64,000 nucleotides of DNA from contig JBJEIW010000268.1 in NCBI GenBank assembly GCA_051877435.1, forward strand, positions 77-64,076, written 5' to 3'. The notes beneath the pieces are model-generated. The model saw only the letters and a list, made by a program, of their open reading frames with translations, was not told where the DNA came from and did not search any database. The DNA comes from Candidatus Ornithomonoglobus sp. Its GTDB lineage: Bacteria > Bacillota > Clostridia > UBA1381. The translations under genes were made by a program, and so were the position numbers. This document shows, one piece after another, positions 1 to 9,249 of this stretch. Position 1 is the stretch's first letter. Each line of letters starts with the position of its first letter.

Positions 1-101
1 AATTTATTGCTCTAATTTCAAATACATGAATTTCAGCTTAAACAAAGCTGAAAAAATCTGATAACAGAGCCGGTTCTGTTTTGATACAGCCTCTTTGATA
101 T

Positions 102-608
102 TCAGTACAAAATATTCTGTATAATTCCAAAGCTGAGTATTGATATTATAAATCCCGCAGTAAGAACCCCTAAGAATATGAACATCAGACTCTTTACAGG
201 CTTCAATCCGAACAGTACCGCAAGCAGACTGCCGGTCCACGCGCCTGTTCCCGGCAAAGGAATTGCAACAAACAGAAACAGGCCCAAATACCCGTATTTT
301 TCAATCTGTGCAGATTTCTTCATTGCCTTTGCCTCAATCCAATCAGGAAATTTCTTAAGACCCCTTATCTTCTTCATCCACTCAAATATCTTCTCAATGA
401 ACAATAAAATAAACGGTATCGGGAGCATATTTCCGATTACAGCGGCGATAAACGTCTGAATAAACGGCAGCTTTAAAATCCCGCCCGCTACTATTATGCT
501 TCCCCTCAGTTCAAGGAGCGGAATCATTGAAATAAGAAATGTAATTATCTGCGGCGAAACATTATGTGCTTGCAGCGCCCCCACTATTGATTGTACAATT
601 GCCTCCAT
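102..608 (-). CDS. small multidrug-export-like membrane protein (COG2426 / Sm_multidrug_ex-like)
   Basis: 168-aa ORF with 4-5 hydrophobic segments. The sequence pattern (LELRGSI...GLFLFVAIPLPGTGAWTG) is typical of this family. It abuts the next gene, 1 nt from its stop. Confidence 0.65.
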   Translation of the reverse strand: MEAIVQSIVGALQAHNVSPQIITFLISMIPLLELRGSIIVAGGILKLPFIQTFIAAVIGNMLPIPFILLFIEKIFEWMKKIRGLKKFPDWIEAKAMKKSAQIEKYGYLGLFLFVAIPLPGTGAWTGSLLAVLFGLKPVKSLMFIFLGVLTAGFIISILSFGIIQNILY

Positions 609-609
609 A

Positions 610-1524
610 TTAATTAATATTCTCCCTTCCTCGGTTTAAAATAAATTCCACTGCATCATGCGCAACAGAAAAGCTTACACTGCCGGTTTCTCCGCCAAAT
701 TCTCCGTCAAGCGTCCATCTTACCGGTTTTTCCGTAATGATTTCCGCTCCTTTTGTGCTTATCACCTTAACACCGTCCGCGTCACGTTTTCCGTTCTTTA
801 TATCGCTGATTACAGCGGCGTAATCAATTATATTCGAGCTTTTTGGAATAAGAACCAGCTCAAACAACCCGTCATTTGTATCTATCTGGTAGAAATCACC
901 TATTTCAAATCCTGCAACACTTGACGAGTTCATTATAAAGCACCAAAGCACCTCCTCCTCCAGCTCCTCGCCCTCCACGGTTTTTATTCGGACGTTAATT
1001 CCCTCTATCTGCGGGATTCGCTTTATACCCTCTATCAGATACGCTGCCGGGCCGAAAATATTTTTCTTTGTCTGCGGTGTATCATATGAAACATCCGTAA
1101 AAGCTCCGAACGCCGCAACATATATAAACGCGCATTCGTTAAACAAGCCTATATCGTACTTTACCGTTTCTCCGCGGACTATCGCTTCAGCAGCATCCTT
1201 CATCGCCTTTGGAATACCGTTGCCCGATGCGAAATCATTCATAGTTCCGGCGGGTATATAGCCTATTGGGAGACGCTTTTCCTCATCTGTTGAAAGCATT
1301 CCTCTTACCGCCTCATTAAGGGTCCCGTCGCCTCCGGAAACAACAATAAGATCATACTCTCCCGCCCTCTCGCTTACCTTGGCAGCGCAATCATCTTTTC
1401 CCTGTGTCGGATATGTCGTAACCTCATAATCTGCCTTTGTGAATATATCTACTATATCAAACAGAGTGTTTTTTATTTTTCCCTTGCCGGAACGCGGATT
1501 AAAGATAAACAAAAGCTTTTTCAT
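610..1524 (-). CDS. diacylglycerol/lipid kinase family protein (YegS/DagK/BmrU type)
   Basis: 304 aa. N-terminal FIFNPRSGKGK and the GGDGTLNE catalytic-domain motif. Confidence 0.85.
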   Translation of the reverse strand: MKKLLFIFNPRSGKGKIKNTLFDIVDIFTKADYEVTTYPTQGKDDCAAKVSERAGEYDLIVVSGGDGTLNEAVRGMLSTDEEKRLPIGYIPAGTMNDFASGNGIPKAMKDAAEAIVRGETVKYDIGLFNECAFIYVAAFGAFTDVSYDTPQTKKNIFGPAAYLIEGIKRIPQIEGINVRIKTVEGEELEEEVLWCFIMNSSSVAGFEIGDFYQIDTNDGLFELVLIPKSSNIIDYAAVISDIKNGKRDADGVKVISTKGAEIITEKPVRWTLDGEFGGETGSVSFSVAHDAVEFILNRGRENIN

Positions 1525-1546
1525 ACACGACTTCCTTCCATCAGAA

Positions 1547-1576
1547 TTATATGCTTTTCACTAAGCCTTCTATATA
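1547..1576. repeat. partial copy of the same repeat core
   Basis: TTATATGCTTTTCACTAAGCCTTCTATATA, 22 nt upstream of the lipid kinase start. Confidence 0.65.
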
Positions 1577-1645
1577 ATAAATATTATTATATAAATTTTT
1601 TCTGCAAATGTCAATATTGTTCTCAAAAAGAAATATTAAATTTTG

Positions 1646-1674
1646 TTGAAATTTTGTATTTAATATGTTACAAT
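1646..1674 (+). promoter_or_regulatory. sigma-A type promoter for ruvX (TTGAAA-17-TACAAT)
   Basis: -35 TTGAAA at 1646-1651, 17-nt spacer, -10 TACAAT at 1669-1674, about 30 nt upstream of the ruvX ATG. Confidence 0.6.
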
Positions 1675-1705
1675 AGTCCTATACTATTATTACGGAGATG
1701 TCATT

Positions 1706-2125
1706 ATGAGAATACTTGGAATTGATTACGGAGATTCGCGCGTCGGAGTTGCGGTGACCGACATTATGGGCTGGACCGCGCAGGGCGTAGGCACGATAAA
1801 AAATAAGGGCGCAAAAAAGCTCACAGAAGAGCTTAAAGAGATAATAGAGGAATACAAGCCGGAAACAATTGTCATAGGACTGCCGAAGAATATGGACGGC
1901 ACAGAGGGCTTCCGCGTCGATGCGACGCACAAATTTGCGGACAAGCTCCGCGAGATATATGACGGAAATATAGAGTATGTTGACGAACGGCTTACAACCA
2001 TGGGCGCGGCGAGGTTTCTGAACACGACAAACACCCGCGGCGAAAAGCGCAAAAAGGTAATAGATACCGTTTCGGCGTGTCTTATTCTTGAAAGCTATCT
2101 TGCAAAGCAGAAAAATAATGATTGA
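1706..2125 (+). CDS. ruvX: Holliday junction resolvase-like / pre-16S rRNA nuclease RuvX (YqgF)
   Basis: 139 aa. Starts MRILGIDYGDSRVGVAVTD and contains IVIGLPKNMDG, the classic YqgF pattern. Confidence 0.9.
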   Translation: MRILGIDYGDSRVGVAVTDIMGWTAQGVGTIKNKGAKKLTEELKEIIEEYKPETIVIGLPKNMDGTEGFRVDATHKFADKLREIYDGNIEYVDERLTTMGAARFLNTTNTRGEKRKKVIDTVSACLILESYLAKQKNND

Positions 2126-2189
2126 CATTTATATAAAAATATATTAAAATATATAACAGAAATATTCAATAAAGGAGAAAACAATTACA

Positions 2190-2459
2190 ATGGAAAATAA
2201 TATAATTATCCTTGAGGACGAAAACGGCAACGAGATTGAATTTGAAACACTTGACGTTTTTGAGCTTGAAAAGAAAACATTTTTCGCGCTTGCTGAGGTT
2301 ATGCCCGAGGGACAGGATACAGACGAGGTCCTTATCATGGTAGTTGAGGGTGATATTGACAGTGATGACGCTGAGCTGGTTATGGTTGAGGACGAGGATC
2401 TTCTCCAGCGCGCCTTTAACGAATTTGTAAAGCGCGACGAGGAACGTGAAAATCAGTAA
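2190..2459 (+). CDS. DUF1292 family protein
   Basis: 89-aa acidic protein (ENGNEIEFE..FELEKK.FFAL). Conserved position downstream of ruvX, as in Bacillus yrzB. Confidence 0.8.
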   Translation: MENNIIILEDENGNEIEFETLDVFELEKKTFFALAEVMPEGQDTDEVLIMVVEGDIDSDDAELVMVEDEDLLQRAFNEFVKRDEERENQ

Positions 2460-2516
2460 ATTAACATTTATTTGATAAAGTTACAGTCCTGTAATAAAAA
2501 TGTAACTAAATAACAC

Positions 2517-2545
2517 TTGTATTTTACATGAACTTGTGGTATACT
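2517..2545 (+). promoter_or_regulatory. sigma-A promoter (TTGTAT-17-TGgTATACT) driving a non-coding transcript
   Basis: -35 at 2517-2522, 17-nt spacer ending in TGg, -10 TATACT at 2540-2545. No plus-strand ORF follows. Confidence 0.6.
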
Positions 2546-2551
2546 AATTTC

Positions 2552-2756
2552 ATAAGGAAGCCCTGGGGTTTCGCGTGTATGAATCATTTTTTTACCAACA
2601 CTTCTTAAAAGGGATGCTTTCTCCGGACGGCGGCGCACATGCCTCCTTTCACCTCGGTGAATGCCAGTGGACTTGTAAAGCCTTCGGGAAGCGACCCACC
2701 TGCATTAGCAGGTAGAATTCTGATTCTTGGTCACGGTTACTCCGGGGACCTTTTTT
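2552..2756 (+). ncRNA. candidate structured sRNA, possibly 6S RNA (ssrS-like)
   Basis: About 200 nt between the promoter and a U-run. A long interrupted closing helix pairs 2554-2596 with 2711-2752: GAAUCA/UGAUUC, CGUG/CACG, CCCUGGGGU/ACUCCGGGG and AAGG/CCUU. There are internal hairpins including a C(UUCG)G loop. No credible ORF and no downstream plus-strand gene. Confidence 0.35.
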
Positions 2757-2793
2757 ATTCTTTTAAGAGCGCGTGCTGCACACTTTTTACTGC

Positions 2794-2822
2794 AAAAAAA
2801 CCGGGAAGCACATGCTTCCCGG
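2794..2822 (-). terminator. intrinsic terminator of the ABC ATPase gene
   Basis: Hairpin CCGGGAAGC-N4-GCTTCCCGG at 2801-2822, with a U-run on the minus-strand RNA (A7 at 2794-2800). Confidence 0.8.
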
Positions 2823-2850
2823 TCCGAATATTCAATTATATACTTCCCTA

Positions 2851-3963
2851 TCAGTTAAGAATTGTCTGCTCTGTATCCTTGTCGAAGAAGTGGATATGGT
2901 TAACATCAAAGCCAATCTTAACAGTATCATTGATCTTAGCTGTTGTTCTCTGATTAACTCTTGCTGTAAACTGTACACCGTTGATCATGAGATAGAGATA
3001 TGTCTCAGCGCCCATCATTTCCGTAACTTCTACGAATGCCTTTACTGCAGCGTCGGGATATGTTGAGAGGAATGCCTCGTCATCATGGAGATCCTCAGGT
3101 CTGATACCGAGAACAACTTCCTTACCGATATACGGCTTGAGCTCTGCTCTCTTAGCCTTGCCTTCCGGAATCTTAACTGCGTCTGAACCGAACTCTGCCC
3201 AAAGGTCATTGCCCTTCTGAACAAGCTTAACATTGATGAAGTTCATCTGCGGTGAACCGATGAAGCCTGCAACGAACTGGTTGCACGGATTGTTGTAGAG
3301 GTTTGACGGTGTATCGATCTGCTGAACAACACCATCCTTCATAACAACGATTCTTGTACCCATTGTCATAGCCTCTGTCTGGTCATGTGTAACGTAAATG
3401 AATGTTGTCTGGAGCTTGTTGTGGAGCTTCTTGATCTCTGTTCTCATCGCAACTCTGAGCTTAGCATCCAGGTTTGAAAGCGGCTCATCCATAAGGAATA
3501 CCTTAGGTGAACGTACGATAGCACGACCCATTGCAACTCTCTGTCTCTGACCGCCTGACAAAGCCTTCGGCTTTCTGTCGAGGAGGTGCTCGATGTCAAG
3601 AATTCTTGCAGCCTCTGTAACTCTCTTCTTTATCTCATCCTTCGGAGTCTTGCGGAGCTTGAGAGCGAATGCCATGTTGTCAAATACGGTCATATGCGGA
3701 TACAGAGCATAGTTCTGGAATACCATCGCAATATCTCTGTCCTTCGGAGCTATATCATTCATGAGCTTGCCGCCTATGTAGAGCTCACCCTCTGAAATCT
3801 CTTCAAGACCTGCGATCATACGAAGAGTTGTTGACTTACCGCAGCCTGACGGTCCAACAAGAATGATAAATTCCTTATCTGCGATATCCATACAGAAATC
3901 GCTTACCGCTGTAACATTACCTGCATATCTCTTATAAATGTGCTTTAACTGTAAATCTGCCAT
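2851..3963 (-). CDS. sugar ABC transporter ATP-binding protein (MsmX/MsmK/UgpC/MalK family)
   Basis: 370 aa. Walker A GPSGCGKST, signature LSGGQRQR, Walker B FLMDEPLS, and a C-terminal MalK-like regulatory domain. Confidence 0.92.
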   Translation of the reverse strand: MADLQLKHIYKRYAGNVTAVSDFCMDIADKEFIILVGPSGCGKSTTLRMIAGLEEISEGELYIGGKLMNDIAPKDRDIAMVFQNYALYPHMTVFDNMAFALKLRKTPKDEIKKRVTEAARILDIEHLLDRKPKALSGGQRQRVAMGRAIVRSPKVFLMDEPLSNLDAKLRVAMRTEIKKLHNKLQTTFIYVTHDQTEAMTMGTRIVVMKDGVVQQIDTPSNLYNNPCNQFVAGFIGSPQMNFINVKLVQKGNDLWAEFGSDAVKIPEGKAKRAELKPYIGKEVVLGIRPEDLHDDEAFLSTYPDAAVKAFVEVTEMMGAETYLYLMINGVQFTARVNQRTTAKINDTVKIGFDVNHIHFFDKDTEQTILN

Positions 3964-4243
3964 ATTGCCTTACCTCGCTTAATTATTAGTAGTTTTTTCG
4001 GAGAAGAAACTTTCCCTCAAACAGATTGTATATTGTAACATACAATCTGTCACATTATTTCTATCTCACTTCTTGTATATATATAATAACATATTTTTTA
4101 AGAAAATGTTAGTCTTATAATTAACAAAAATAAGCTATTTTCTTTGTGTAAACTTCACAACATAAAAATTTTCAGCCAATTTTTGTGCGATTTGCTTATA
4201 TTGTATTTGCACATAAAATGGGACACAATTTAGAGAGAAAATC

Positions 4244-5155
4244 CTATTTCCCGACCTTTTCAGACAGGTTCACAAGAAGGATGCCTGCGCACACCAGACC
4301 CAGCGAGATCGCATATCTCAGTTCAAAAATATTCTCGTGCATAAAAATTGCGGAAAGGATTGTCCCGGACACCGGTATTATAAAATTAAATGAGCTGATG
4401 CTCCCCACACCTGCGCGGTCAAGAAGCATTGTCCACAAGGTGAACGCCGCAGCTGACAGGAACGCGAGATATAAAAGAACCGCGATTCCCCCGGTGTTTA
4501 CGGTATCAAGTGTTCCGCCGCCCGCCAGCCCTGTGAGCAGAAGAATAAGACCTCCTATGAGAAGATTATAACCCGTGACCGTCATCGCGTCACTCTCCCT
4601 GTTTGCACGCTTTGAAATCATTGAGCCAAACACAAAGCAAACCGCCGCAATGAGAATGAATCCCTCTCCAAAAAACGAAAAACCGCCTATTCCGCCTGAA
4701 ACAAGCACTACAATAACGCCCGCAAAGCCTATAACAGCGCCTGCAAGCTTTCTTATACCCACGCTTTCCTTATACACAAAATGCCCCGCAATAAGCGCGA
4801 TAAATGTTGTTGATGAATTTACAATTGAGCCGTTTGAACCTGTTGTATTTGAAAGACCTATGTAGAAAAATACATACTGGCATGCGGTGTAAACCAAACC
4901 GGTAAGGGCAATGATCCCGGCATTTGACCGGGTCAGCTTAGGGAGCCTCTTATTAACCGGGATCGACACCGCAAGAACCATGATACCCGCAAGTACAAAT
5001 CTGAGACCTGCAAAGAACATTTTCTGAAAAACACTATCTGTTATATTAAACAGCTCATAGCCTATTTTTATACCCGGATACGCGCTTCCCCACAGCAGAT
5101 TGCATATAACCGCGGCTGCGGCTATCCCCCACCTTTTATCAAGAATATTTTTCAT
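4244..5155 (-). CDS. EamA/DMT family transporter
   Basis: 303 aa, about 10 TM segments, two EamA-like halves. Confidence 0.8.
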   Translation of the reverse strand: MKNILDKRWGIAAAAVICNLLWGSAYPGIKIGYELFNITDSVFQKMFFAGLRFVLAGIMVLAVSIPVNKRLPKLTRSNAGIIALTGLVYTACQYVFFYIGLSNTTGSNGSIVNSSTTFIALIAGHFVYKESVGIRKLAGAVIGFAGVIVVLVSGGIGGFSFFGEGFILIAAVCFVFGSMISKRANRESDAMTVTGYNLLIGGLILLLTGLAGGGTLDTVNTGGIAVLLYLAFLSAAAFTLWTMLLDRAGVGSISSFNFIIPVSGTILSAIFMHENIFELRYAISLGLVCAGILLVNLSEKVGK

Positions 5156-5177
5156 TAGTCATTAACTCCGTTTCCGC

Positions 5178-5204
5178 AAAAAATCAGGGGGTCAGTATCC
5201 TGAT
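5178..5204 (-). terminator. intrinsic terminator
   Basis: Hairpin ATCAGG/CCTGAT followed by a U6 run on the minus-strand RNA, downstream of the 5216..5995 gene. Confidence 0.6.
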
Positions 5205-5215
5205 CCCCTTTAATA

Positions 5216-5995
5216 TTATTCGTCCTTCAACAGAACATTCATATATTTATAGCCAAGATTTACTATCTGTTTGTATTCATCATCGGACAAATTAGAATGC
5301 AGATAGCTCTTAAGTCCCTCTTTATCACTGTTGTTAACATATATTCTTAAGGTGCTTATGTCAAGCTTATTCATTATAGACATAAAGGCAGCAAATTCAT
5401 CGCCTGTCATTTTAGCCTTAAGCTTTGCATACGCGTCTGATACCTGTGTATCCTCTTTGGACTCATCCGGTGTTACGTCTTCCTCTGTTCCATCCTGCTC
5501 AGATATAATCTTTTCCGCATTTACAACGTCCTCTGCCTTGATTCTGTCCGAAGTTCTCTCTGTACTGTACTTCACGTTTGCCTTACCGACAGCCTCACCG
5601 TCATTGGTCTGGATTATCTCCACGCCAACCTTGCTTGAAGCGTATCTTGCAGTTATAGAACTGCTGCCGGTATCCTTTCCGAGCAAGGCATCATCATTCT
5701 CCTTTGCCTCAAGAACAGCTCTTGCGGAATCCTCCGAAATTTCGGTATATGACTTATAGGTTCTTATAAACTCAGCATACGTTTCATCATCCATAATGCC
5801 TTCATCATGGAAACGAACCGCTTCCTCATAAAGGTCCTCCAACGCATCATCACTTCTCAGGCGGTCCTGTACCTCCTGCATTATCGGCTTCATATATTTT
5901 GGCACTATGTAATATTTGTAAAAAAATGAACCGCCAACAATCAATGCAACAATCACAGCTAATACCGCCAAGACTATTATATGCCATCGCTTCAT
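5216..5995 (-). CDS. hypothetical membrane-anchored acidic protein
   Basis: 259 aa with one N-terminal TM helix (IIVLAVLAVIVALIVGG) and then an Asp/Glu-rich soluble part. I recognise no family. Confidence 0.55.
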   Translation of the reverse strand: MKRWHIIVLAVLAVIVALIVGGSFFYKYYIVPKYMKPIMQEVQDRLRSDDALEDLYEEAVRFHDEGIMDDETYAEFIRTYKSYTEISEDSARAVLEAKENDDALLGKDTGSSSITARYASSKVGVEIIQTNDGEAVGKANVKYSTERTSDRIKAEDVVNAEKIISEQDGTEEDVTPDESKEDTQVSDAYAKLKAKMTGDEFAAFMSIMNKLDISTLRIYVNNSDKEGLKSYLHSNLSDDEYKQIVNLGYKYMNVLLKDE

Positions 5996-6145
5996 AAAAA
6001 CATCCTTTCATAATTACAGATTCATTTAATCTTTTATATTGTATCACGTTTCAGCAAAAAAATCAAGTACTGATACATAATTATCTTCCTAAATATATAC
6101 TTAAAACATAGGGACGGCATAAAACCGTCCCTGCTGATTTTACTG

Positions 6146-6496
6146 TTAATACATTTTGCCGCCCGGCTTGCCGCCGAGAAGATGAAAATGCAGATGCATA
6201 ACTGTCTGACCGCCGTTCTTACCGCAGTTGTTGACAATACGATAACCGTCCTTGTCAACGCCGACAGCCTTCGCTATTTCCGGTACCGCCTCACAAATGT
6301 CGGCAACACATGAGCTGTTTTCGGCTGTTATCGCATTAGCGCAGCAAATGTGCTTTTTCGGAACCATTACAACATGCTCCGGCGCAGCCGGCGCAATGTC
6401 GCGGAAAGCGTAAATCTTATCATTTTCGAATACCTTTGTTGAAGGTACCTCTCCCGCGATTATTTTACAGAATAAACAATCTTCCATTATAATCAA
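6146..6496 (-). CDS. HIT (histidine triad) family protein
   Basis: 116 aa with the HLHFHLLGG histidine triad. The start overlaps the alaS stop by 4 nt. Confidence 0.88.
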   Translation of the reverse strand: MIIMEDCLFCKIIAGEVPSTKVFENDKIYAFRDIAPAAPEHVVMVPKKHICCANAITAENSSCVADICEAVPEIAKAVGVDKDGYRIVNNCGKNGGQTVMHLHFHLLGGKPGGKMY

Positions 6497-9135
6497 CCTA
6501 CCTGTTCTGATACTATTGCTTCTACAGCAGCAAGCGCATCATCAATCTTTGCCGCATCCTTGCCGCCGCCCTGTGCCATATCCGGCTTACCGCCGCCGCG
6601 TCCGCCTGCAATAGCCGTTATATTCTTAATTATATTACCGCAGTGAACACCGTTCCTTACCGCGTCCTTTGACGCCATGGCGATAAGAGTAATCTTGCCG
6701 TCCGTTTCCGCGCCGAGAACAACAACGCCGTTTTCAAGATCGTTCTTTGCGCTGTCGCCGAGAGTTTTCATATCAGGAACACTCATACCGTCAACTCGTA
6801 CCGTAAGGACGTTTACAGAGCCTACAGCCTTAGCGCCCGAAAGCATTGACCTTGACTGCTCTGCCGCGATCTTGCCGTTAAGCTCCTCAATCTTCTTTTC
6901 AAGAGCCTTGTTCTCAGCCATAACAGCAGCCGCCTTGCGGTCAAGCTCCATAAGTCTGTTTGACTTCATCGCAGCGCCCGTTCTCGCAAGCACGCCCTCA
7001 TAATCCGAGATAAGATTAAGAACACCCTGTCCGGTTACGGCCTCGATACGTCTTACGCCCGCGGCAACGCCGCCCTCCGAAAGAATCTTAAAGAGTCCGC
7101 ACTGCGCTGTATTTGTAAGATGCGTACCGCCGCAGAACTCAATGCTGTAATCGCCCATTGAAACAACGCGCACAACCTCGCCGTACTTCTCGCCGAACTG
7201 AGCCTCGGCGCCGAGCTTCTTCGCTTCTTCTATCGGAAGCTCCCGAACCGTTATCGGCAGACACTCAAGAATTGCGTCGTTTACTCGTCTTTCAGCGTCA
7301 AGGAGCTGCTCCTTTGTCATAGCCTCAAAGTGTGAGAAGTCAAATCTGAGATGATCCTTATCAACAAGTGAGCCTGCCTGCGCGACATGAGTGCCGAGAA
7401 TATCCTTGAGCGCTCTGTGCAGCAGATGGGTTGCGGAATGGTTGCGGCTTACCGCCATTCTGTTTTTCCTGTCAACGGTCATTACAGCCTTGCCGCCCTT
7501 TAACGCGCCGTTTACAAGCTCAACCTCGTGTACATACACACCGCCGCCTGTCTTTGTTGTATTGATTACATTGCCTGCAACAGCGCCGTCCTGTGATATT
7601 GTACCTATATCACCGGTCTGACCGCCCATTTCAGCGTAAAACGGCGTCTTATCAACAACAACGAACGCCTTTGGTGCATCAAGGACCTCAGGAACTATAC
7701 CGGCGCCCGGAACAGCTATCGCGAGAATCTCAGCCTCTCCCTCAAGGGTATCATAGCCTGTGAACTGTGTCGCCTCAAGAGCGCTGAAATCAAATTCAGT
7801 ATCATCATCCCATGAGGAACCGTCTTTTCTTGAGCTTCTTGCGACTTCCTTCTGCTCGGTCATTGCCGCGTTGAAGCCGTCAACATCAACCTCAAGTCCC
7901 TTTTCCTGCGCCATCTCGATTGTGAGGTCAAGCGGGAAGCCGTAGGTATCGTGAAGCTTGAATGCCTCCGCGCCTGTAAGCTCTCCTCTGCCTTCAGCCT
8001 TCGCGTCCTCAATATACCTGTTAAGAACAACAAGACCGTTGTCTATGGTAGCGTCAAAACGCTCCTCTTCCTTCTTTATAATTTTTGTGATATAATCTCT
8101 CTTTTCCTCAAGCTCGGGATAAGCCGACTTTGAGGTATCTATTACGGTACCGGCAACCTCATAGAGGAACTCACGGTCAATATTAAGCAGCTTTCCGTGG
8201 CGCGCAGCGCGTCTTAAAAGCCTTCTTAAAACATATCCTCTGCCCTCGTTTGACGGGATAACGCCGTCAGATACCATCATAACAGTTGAACGGATATGAT
8301 CTGTGATTACGCGGAGAGATACATCGGTCTTTTCATCAACCTTCTTGTACTCAACGCCCGCAATCCTTGAAATATGCTTCATAACGTCCTGAACGGTATC
8401 AACCTCAAAAAGGTTGTCCACACCCTGCATAACAACAGCAAGTCTTTCAAGACCCATACCTGTATCAATGTTTGGCTTTGCAAGAGGGTTATAGTTGCCC
8501 TCCTCGTCCTTGTCGAACTGTGTAAATACGAGGTTCCACACCTCCATAAATCTGTCGCAGTCGCAGCCCACGCCGCAGGTCGGCGAGCCACAGCCATACT
8601 TCTCGCCGCGGTCAAAATAAATCTCAGAACACGGACCACACGGACCTGTGCCGTGCTCCCAGAAGTTGTCCTCCTTGCCGAGCTTGACGATGCGAGAGGC
8701 ATCAACTCCGACCTCGTTTACCCATATATCTCTTGCTTCGTCATCCTCCTCATATATTGAAACCCAGAGCTTTTCAACAGGGATCTCCATAACCTTTGTA
8801 AAAAACTCCCAAGCCCATGCCGTAGCCTCACGCTTGAAGTAATCTCCGAAGGAGAAGTTGCCGAGCATCTCAAAGAAAGTACCGTGGCGCGCTGTGTGAC
8901 CGACATTTTCAATATCGCCGGTTCTGATACACTTCTGACAAGTGGTAACGCGGTGTCTCGGAGGGATCTCCGCGCCCGTGAACCACTTCTTCATCGGCGC
9001 CATACCCGAATTTATAAGCAGCAGGCTTGCGTCATTCTTCGGTACGAGTGAAAACGAACCGAGTCTTAAACAGCCCTTTGATTCAAAAAAGCTAAGAAAC
9101 TTCTCACGAATTTCATTAACTCCCATGTATTTCAT
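6493..9135 (-). CDS. alaS: alanine--tRNA ligase
   Basis: 880 aa. AlaRS catalytic core, editing-domain HxxxH/CxxxH (HSATHLLH ... CGGTH) and a C-terminal DHHA1-like domain. RBS GGAAAGGAAG lies 8 nt upstream. Confidence 0.97.
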   Translation of the reverse strand: MKYMGVNEIREKFLSFFESKGCLRLGSFSLVPKNDASLLLINSGMAPMKKWFTGAEIPPRHRVTTCQKCIRTGDIENVGHTARHGTFFEMLGNFSFGDYFKREATAWAWEFFTKVMEIPVEKLWVSIYEEDDEARDIWVNEVGVDASRIVKLGKEDNFWEHGTGPCGPCSEIYFDRGEKYGCGSPTCGVGCDCDRFMEVWNLVFTQFDKDEEGNYNPLAKPNIDTGMGLERLAVVMQGVDNLFEVDTVQDVMKHISRIAGVEYKKVDEKTDVSLRVITDHIRSTVMMVSDGVIPSNEGRGYVLRRLLRRAARHGKLLNIDREFLYEVAGTVIDTSKSAYPELEEKRDYITKIIKKEEERFDATIDNGLVVLNRYIEDAKAEGRGELTGAEAFKLHDTYGFPLDLTIEMAQEKGLEVDVDGFNAAMTEQKEVARSSRKDGSSWDDDTEFDFSALEATQFTGYDTLEGEAEILAIAVPGAGIVPEVLDAPKAFVVVDKTPFYAEMGGQTGDIGTISQDGAVAGNVINTTKTGGGVYVHEVELVNGALKGGKAVMTVDRKNRMAVSRNHSATHLLHRALKDILGTHVAQAGSLVDKDHLRFDFSHFEAMTKEQLLDAERRVNDAILECLPITVRELPIEEAKKLGAEAQFGEKYGEVVRVVSMGDYSIEFCGGTHLTNTAQCGLFKILSEGGVAAGVRRIEAVTGQGVLNLISDYEGVLARTGAAMKSNRLMELDRKAAAVMAENKALEKKIEELNGKIAAEQSRSMLSGAKAVGSVNVLTVRVDGMSVPDMKTLGDSAKNDLENGVVVLGAETDGKITLIAMASKDAVRNGVHCGNIIKNITAIAGGRGGGKPDMAQGGGKDAAKIDDALAAVEAIVSEQVG

Positions 9136-9249
9136 TTTAATTTCTTCCTTTCCTGTATGGAATTATCTTAATATACCAAATTATATTATATAATATGAAA
9201 GGCTGCTCTGTCAAGAGTTTTATATGTTTTTTTGCCGTATTTCCGCCAT

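Noticed and set aside
2552-2756. SRP RNA, tmRNA or RNase P RNA as the identity of the structured RNA
   Set aside because: I could not find the SRP domain IV motif (..GGAAGCAGCC..), the tmRNA tRNA-like ends or tag ORF, or the RNase P GAGGAAAGUCC motif. The length (about 200 nt) is also wrong for tmRNA and RNase P.
2639-3066. Plus-strand ORFs 2639..2953 and 2773..3066, between DUF1292 and the ABC ATPase gene
   Set aside because: They run through the structured sRNA candidate, a bidirectional terminator and the antisense of the ABC ATPase gene. They have no RBS and their composition is implausible.
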